Source: a virus
IMG/VR virus record: IMGVR_UViG_3300045988_148041
Location: 1 to 39,320 of that record
Length of the DNA: 39,320 nt
Reading direction: 5' to 3' (one strand)
Under the pieces are notes generated by a model. The model made no database searches and had not been told where the DNA came from. It worked only from the letters and a program-made list of their open reading frames with translations. Shown in pieces: positions 35,479 through 39,320 of this stretch (position 1 is the stretch's first letter; each line of letters opens with the position of its first letter). The position numbers were made by a program, and so were the translations under genes.

Positions 35479-35588
35479 TACTTGTCACCTTCTTTTTTAG
35501 CCTTTTTTACGGGCTTTTTAGCTTCTTTTACAGGCTCAGGTTTAACGTTATAACGCCCCATATGGCGTTTTAGCATTGCGTACCCCAT
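35478..35588 (-). CDS. small basic protein (36 aa), translationally coupled
   Basis: Not in the ORF track. RBS AAGGAGGT then ATG. Product MGYAMLKRHMGRYNVKPEPVKEAKKPVKKAKKEGDK. Stop overlaps the next gene's ATG (TAATG). Confidence 0.35.
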   Translation of the reverse strand: MGYAMLKRHMGRYNVKPEPVKEAKKPVKKAKKEGDK

Positions 35589-35638
35589 AATCATACCTCC
35601 TTATATAAATAAGGGGCATGAAGCCCCTTTAAATGCTA

Positions 35639-36277
35639 TTAAGCGTTAGCAATTTTAACAACTTTAGTTTTGTCACGTAAGTAAGCTGCATAGTGTTTAT
35701 CAACTGCATAAACTGTTGTTTTAGCTAAGATATCACGATCAGACTCAACGCGAGTTTCACGTTTTAACTCAATTCCTAATGCACCTGGTTTAACAATGTA
35801 TGCTTGTCCTGCAGGCACACGGTTAGACACTACCACTGCTGCATTGTAGATATAACCAATTGTCCCACCAATAGCTCCATTTACGTTTGTAGCTGGTTCG
35901 AATTCTGCACCTTTGCGGATTGCAGTGTATTCAGCTGGGTTGATGAATACTTGCATAGCTTCATCTAAATCTTCACCGAATAAACCGATAGCATCAGCAA
36001 TCGAAGCTGCAGTGACTGTAGCAGTATGTTTTAAAGTCGCACCTTCTAAAGCAGTGTAGCAATCTTTTTCGATTTTAACTGCTAAAGATAATAATAATTG
36101 GTCTGCGATTTCTCCAACTGGATTCCCGTGACCTGATAAGATAGCTTCATCTGTAATTTCAACTGATTTAGCTGCTTTTTTAACTGTAACTGTAGACTCA
36201 TCAGAGTTTAATACTACTGGAACATCAGCTACACCTTCTGCTAAATCTTGAGCATCTCCGATATCATTAATATTCAA
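35639..36277 (-). CDS. major capsid protein, exon 2 (C-terminal about 210 aa)
   Basis: Begins ..NINDIGDAQDLAEGVADVP... and continues a siphovirus HK97-fold capsid sequence. No independent ATG or RBS. The ORF is open from the intron boundary. Confidence 0.65.
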   Translation of the reverse strand: MNINDIGDAQDLAEGVADVPVVLNSDESTVTVKKAAKSVEITDEAILSGHGNPVGEIADQLLLSLAVKIEKDCYTALEGATLKHTATVTAASIADAIGLFGEDLDEAMQVFINPAEYTAIRKGAEFEPATNVNGAIGGTIGYIYNAAVVVSNRVPAGQAYIVKPGALGIELKRETRVESDRDILAKTTVYAVDKHYAAYLRDKTKVVKIANA

Positions 36278-37503
36278 CGAAACTCGCTACATTTCGCCCG
36301 TTCTCTTATGAACTGCTATACATTACTGCATAGATTAGACTATATCACCAACTCTTTTCAGAGTGCCTCCCATTTCCATCCGCTTGGATGTACGTCATTT
36401 GACTAGTCGTTGAACCTTATTAATCTTTCAAGAAGTTTTCCAACTCATTCGTTATTTTATTTGTTCGCAACCACCAATAGGGTATTCTAAGCAACGGAAT
36501 TTGCTTGTTTTTACAGTACTCGTTTTTAATAGCATCTCTTCTTAAAATCCCGGTTCTATCGCCCTTTCCCCAATTTTTAGCATTAGTGAAATGTTGCGAA
36601 CCATCGAACTCTATTAGTTTTAATGTCCCGTTAACGAAAACTGCAAAATCAAACTTCAACAACGCTTTGTCCTTGCAATCTTCGAACGTGTATTGTGGTT
36701 GAAAAACGTATTGTTTTGAAGTTAAAAAATCAAAAATAAATAACTCACCTTTTGAATACATACATTTTGGGCACCTTATTTCCTTCAGTAGATCTTTAGG
36801 GATGACATCCCATTCATAGCCACATTTATGTCGTACTAAAATTTTAGTGCGATTATTAATGTATTCTCCCAACACTTCATACTCTCCTGGGTATTTTTTT
36901 GCCAGTGCCTGTATAAATAATTGTGTGTCTTTCATTCCGTGACATATTGGGCAGCCACTACCACGAACCACGTTCCCTGCAATAGCTTCGTATTCGTGTC
37001 CACAAACGTTGTTTTTAATCTTTATTTTATGCCTTAACCCTAAATATTCCCCGATAACTGTAACATTTACATTGTTGTCGGATAGCCTTTTTTGGTAGGT
37101 TTCTAAGCTGTTAACCTTTGTCGCACTGATCCTTTTGGCTCTGCATTTTGAACATAGCTGACCATTCAATAGTTTAATCGGCGCTTTCTCGTCTATATGC
37201 CCACAATTTGAATATTTAACAGCAACTTTGTTCTTGTTCCCTGTGTAATTGGTGAGTATTTCTACTTTATCTCCATAAAGTTCTTTAACTTCATCTAAAA
37301 ATTCTCCATGAGTTTTTCTTCTTGTCATCAAACCACTCCTTGTTGTTTATATTATACCAACTTTAGACAATATAATTCAACATTGGAACGGTTAAAGATT
37401 AATCTTGGCTGCTGATTGTCCTTAATTGCTCATGTTAAGGAGTTTCCAGCAATTAGAGAGGTTTCCATTCAAGCGTCACCACTTGACGGCGCAATCGTTA
37501 CGA
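36278..37503 (-). mobile_element. group I intron (IA-like, phage type) interrupting the major capsid gene, carrying a homing-endonuclease ORF
   Basis: Conserved core elements are readable on the minus strand. P-like AATTGCTGGAAAC (plus 37442-37454). Q-like AATCAGCAGCC (plus 37407-37417). R GGTTCAACGACTAGTC (plus 36401-36417). S GGTGATATAGTCTAA (plus 36334-36350), with GACTA/TAGTC P7 pairing. The last intron nucleotide G precedes the exon 2 codon AAT. Exon 1 ends ..GTATGG. Confidence 0.7.
36420..37331 (-). CDS. intron-encoded homing endonuclease: three zinc-ribbon repeats plus a C-terminal DUF559/Vsr-like PD-(D/E)xK nuclease domain
   Basis: Three repeats CGHIDEKAPIKLLNGQLCSKC, CGHEYEAIAGNVVRGSGCPIC, CGYEWDVIPKDLLKEIRCPKC. 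C-terminus FDFAVFVNGTLKLIEFDGSQHF...ILRRDAIKNEYC..PLLRIPYW. RBS AAGGAGTGG. Confidence 0.6.
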   Translation of the reverse strand: MMTRRKTHGEFLDEVKELYGDKVEILTNYTGNKNKVAVKYSNCGHIDEKAPIKLLNGQLCSKCRAKRISATKVNSLETYQKRLSDNNVNVTVIGEYLGLRHKIKIKNNVCGHEYEAIAGNVVRGSGCPICHGMKDTQLFIQALAKKYPGEYEVLGEYINNRTKILVRHKCGYEWDVIPKDLLKEIRCPKCMYSKGELFIFDFLTSKQYVFQPQYTFEDCKDKALLKFDFAVFVNGTLKLIEFDGSQHFTNAKNWGKGDRTGILRRDAIKNEYCKNKQIPLLRIPYWWLRTNKITNELENFLKD

Positions 37504-37650
37504 CCATACCGGAACTGTTAATGTGTTACCTGGACGCCCTTGTAATTCAGTACCAATCACTGCTAAAGGTGATAATTTGATTTTGTCCACTAATTTAGCG
37601 TCGATGTACTGTCCGACTACCTGTGGGTTTAATAAGTTAGATAATTTAGT
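37498..37650 (-). CDS. major capsid protein, exon 1 (N-terminal 50 aa)
   Basis: RBS GGAGG then ATG. MATTKLSNLLNPQVVGQYIDAKLVDKIKLSPLAVIGTELQGRPGNTLTVPVW is the typical capsid N-terminus. The in-frame stop appears only after the intron junction. Confidence 0.65.
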   Translation of the reverse strand, partial: TKLSNLLNPQVVGQYIDAKLVDKIKLSPLAVIGTELQGRPGNTLTVPVWS

Positions 37651-37676
37651 TGTTGCCATAATTTAAAACCTCCGTT

Positions 37677-38249
37677 TTAATTGGAATTATTAGCCTCAAA
37701 GGCTTTGGCGAAATCGGCGAAGCTCATGCGCTTAACATCGATTTCTTGTGCTTTCGGCGTTGGTTGTTGCTTTGGTGTTGAACCTTTTGTGCGTTCAATC
37801 ACTGCCGCGTCTAATGCCATCTTGTACGCTTCTGTAAACTTATCGATGTTATTTGTCGTCGTCTCTTCATCAGGACCAACGAAATAATGTGCTAGGTGTG
37901 AAGGCAATCCTTTTTCACTCGCTAATGATTGAGCCTTAAGCATTAATTCCTTTTGAATTGCTTCTTGCTCTTTTTGATTTAACTTTGCTTCTAATTCTTT
38001 GATTTTTCGCATCTCAGGAGTTTCTTGCGGATATAACTCTGCTACACGTTCATCAACTAATTTAGATAAATTATTTTCTTTCCAAGACTCTAAGCCTTTA
38101 TTGAAGTATTTATCTAGCTTTGGTTGTAACAACTTTTTACCGTTTTCGGTATTCAAGTAGTTCTCGATATGAGTTGGTTGGACCACCTCTGCGATAACCT
38201 CTTGATTTTCTTTTAAATAAGCTAAAACTTGTTCTTTAGTAAGTTCCAT
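37677..38249 (-). CDS. scaffolding protein
   Basis: 190 aa, helical and charged (EMRKIKELEAKLNQKEQEAIQKEL). Sits between the morphogenesis and capsid genes. Confidence 0.65.
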   Translation of the reverse strand: MELTKEQVLAYLKENQEVIAEVVQPTHIENYLNTENGKKLLQPKLDKYFNKGLESWKENNLSKLVDERVAELYPQETPEMRKIKELEAKLNQKEQEAIQKELMLKAQSLASEKGLPSHLAHYFVGPDEETTTNNIDKFTEAYKMALDAAVIERTKGSTPKQQPTPKAQEIDVKRMSFADFAKAFEANNSN

Positions 38250-38339
38250 TTGTATATCTCCTTTATGCCCAACAAGTACCGAAGTCCAAGCCGTGCAATG
38301 TTTTTGAGTAAAATAAAAGAGAAGTTCTAATGACTTCTC

Positions 38340-39239
38340 TTAAAAATAAACGCCAAATTGTTCCCAATTAACGACTGGCATAACTGTAGTTCTACAATTG
38401 GGGTGGAATGGCGGGTAGTTTTTTCCGACTACTGCTTCATTTAGCTTAAACGTGCGATTTTTAGGCTCACACTCTACCCAGCCTTTGCATATCTTAGATG
38501 TCCTTTTGTCTAAATGAGCTAATATCTCATATTTCTCACATACACCACTATCTTTATAACCTTGTAAATGCCCTTGATTAACCGCATAGTTAGTTTCAGT
38601 TCTAACGAGCCTTTCTGCCTGATAATAATATTTTACGCCTAAATCTTTTTTAAGCCTTCTAGCTGTTTTTTGAATACTGTCACCACGCACTATCGCCGTA
38701 GTTAATTCGTTTTCAATCCATTTGCACAAAGCATCTTTATTATCCCACACACTGTCTGCAAACATCTTCCCGTGATATGGATAATTGATAATCGCTTCAA
38801 GCGCTGCTGTGTGAATGATAGGTTGCATAACCCCAAGTAATTGAGCAACCTCCCCGTGTCCATTAATAACTAAATTTGTCATTGTATCTCTTAGCGTTGT
38901 TTCGAACTCATGCGACAACTTTGACATTTCAATGTTGATTTTATCATTAAGTGCCTGAAGCCTTGTCACTTTCAACCTTGCGTTTAATTTGTCAATTTCA
39001 CGTTTGAGTCGTTCATTGCCACTATCTTGATAAAGAGCCTTTAAATCAGCTATCCTTTGATTATATTCGTTAATCTCAATAGGCGTTAACACTTGCGTTG
39101 CCGTTGTGTAATCAATCTTATTGTCAGTAGCATACTTGATTATAAATTCATTAATATCTGCACTAATCGCATCTGAAGCTCTTTTATAGGCATTTTTAAG
39201 TTCTTTTAAAACTTCTTGCTCGTTTTTTTTGTTTTGCAA
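38340..39239 (-). CDS. head morphogenesis / minor capsid protein (SPP1 gp7, Mu F-like)
   Basis: 299 aa with a TTG start. C-terminal Cys pairs. Lies immediately downstream of the portal gene across the circular junction. Confidence 0.65.
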   Translation of the reverse strand: MQNKKNEQEVLKELKNAYKRASDAISADINEFIIKYATDNKIDYTTATQVLTPIEINEYNQRIADLKALYQDSGNERLKREIDKLNARLKVTRLQALNDKINIEMSKLSHEFETTLRDTMTNLVINGHGEVAQLLGVMQPIIHTAALEAIINYPYHGKMFADSVWDNKDALCKWIENELTTAIVRGDSIQKTARRLKKDLGVKYYYQAERLVRTETNYAVNQGHLQGYKDSGVCEKYEILAHLDKRTSKICKGWVECEPKNRTFKLNEAVVGKNYPPFHPNCRTTVMPVVNWEQFGVYF

Positions 39240-39320
39240 ATCAATTTCTTTTGCTCGTTTTTCCCAATATACAGGGGAAGAAAGCTTCCCCCAATATTTC
39301 TCATCTTTAAGGTTGATAGA

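Noticed and set aside
35639-37650. Alternative explanations for the split capsid gene: an intein, or a disrupted pseudogene
   Set aside because: The insert is not in-frame (it contains stops and its own RBS-led ORF), so it is not an intein. The group I P/Q/R/S core elements flank the ORF, and the capsid is essential in an otherwise intact genome.

Overview
The window is one complete, circularly assembled temperate siphovirus genome from a low-GC Firmicutes (Bacillota) host. Positions 1-99 repeat exactly at 39222-39320, so the unique length is about 39,221 bp. The window is AT-rich, about 35% GC by eye. Nearly every gene is on the minus strand. The sequence was read directly; no database searches were run.

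Reading the minus strand in transcription order, the modules are:
- Lysogeny switch (13.2-14.4 kb): divergent operators and two plus-strand XRE-family repressor-like genes.
- Early and replication genes (3.9-13.1 kb): replisome organizer with an internal iteron origin, DnaC-like loader, ERF annealase, HNH protein, RusA, SSB, a protein with five HTH repeats, and an ArpU-like late activator.
- Packaging and late control (2.7-4.9 kb): HNH endonuclease, a 680-bp non-coding region that is the probable cos/late-control locus, then terS, terL and portal.
- Structural genes (across the junction, 39.2 to 25.2 kb): head morphogenesis protein, scaffold, a major capsid gene split by a group I intron that carries a homing-endonuclease ORF, head-tail connectors, major tail protein, tail chaperones with a -1 frameshift, tape measure, distal tail proteins, and a 1114-aa BppU-like fibre.
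- Lysis and recombination (23.1-25.2 kb): a Cre/Xer-like tyrosine recombinase with an adjacent nested palindrome sits between the tail fibre gene and the holin and M23-peptidase endolysin.

The stretch from 14.4 to 22.8 kb is the one worth a second look. It does not look like phage cargo; it looks like a plasmid backbone:
- an intergenic array of five ~22-bp iterons next to a small ORF
- an FtsK/SpoIIIE-like membrane ATPase paired with a Replic_Relax-family protein
- a membrane-anchored Mrr-type nuclease
- a ParM/ParR actin-type partition cassette
- a plus-strand operon of small acidic proteins
- a minus-strand operon of a ParB/DGQHR nuclease-domain protein, a zinc-ribbon protein and an RHH protein

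The recombinase sits away from the repressor next to a lox/dif-like site. Taken together, the element is most plausibly a phage-plasmid that may also carry a DNA-transfer (mobilisation-like) module.
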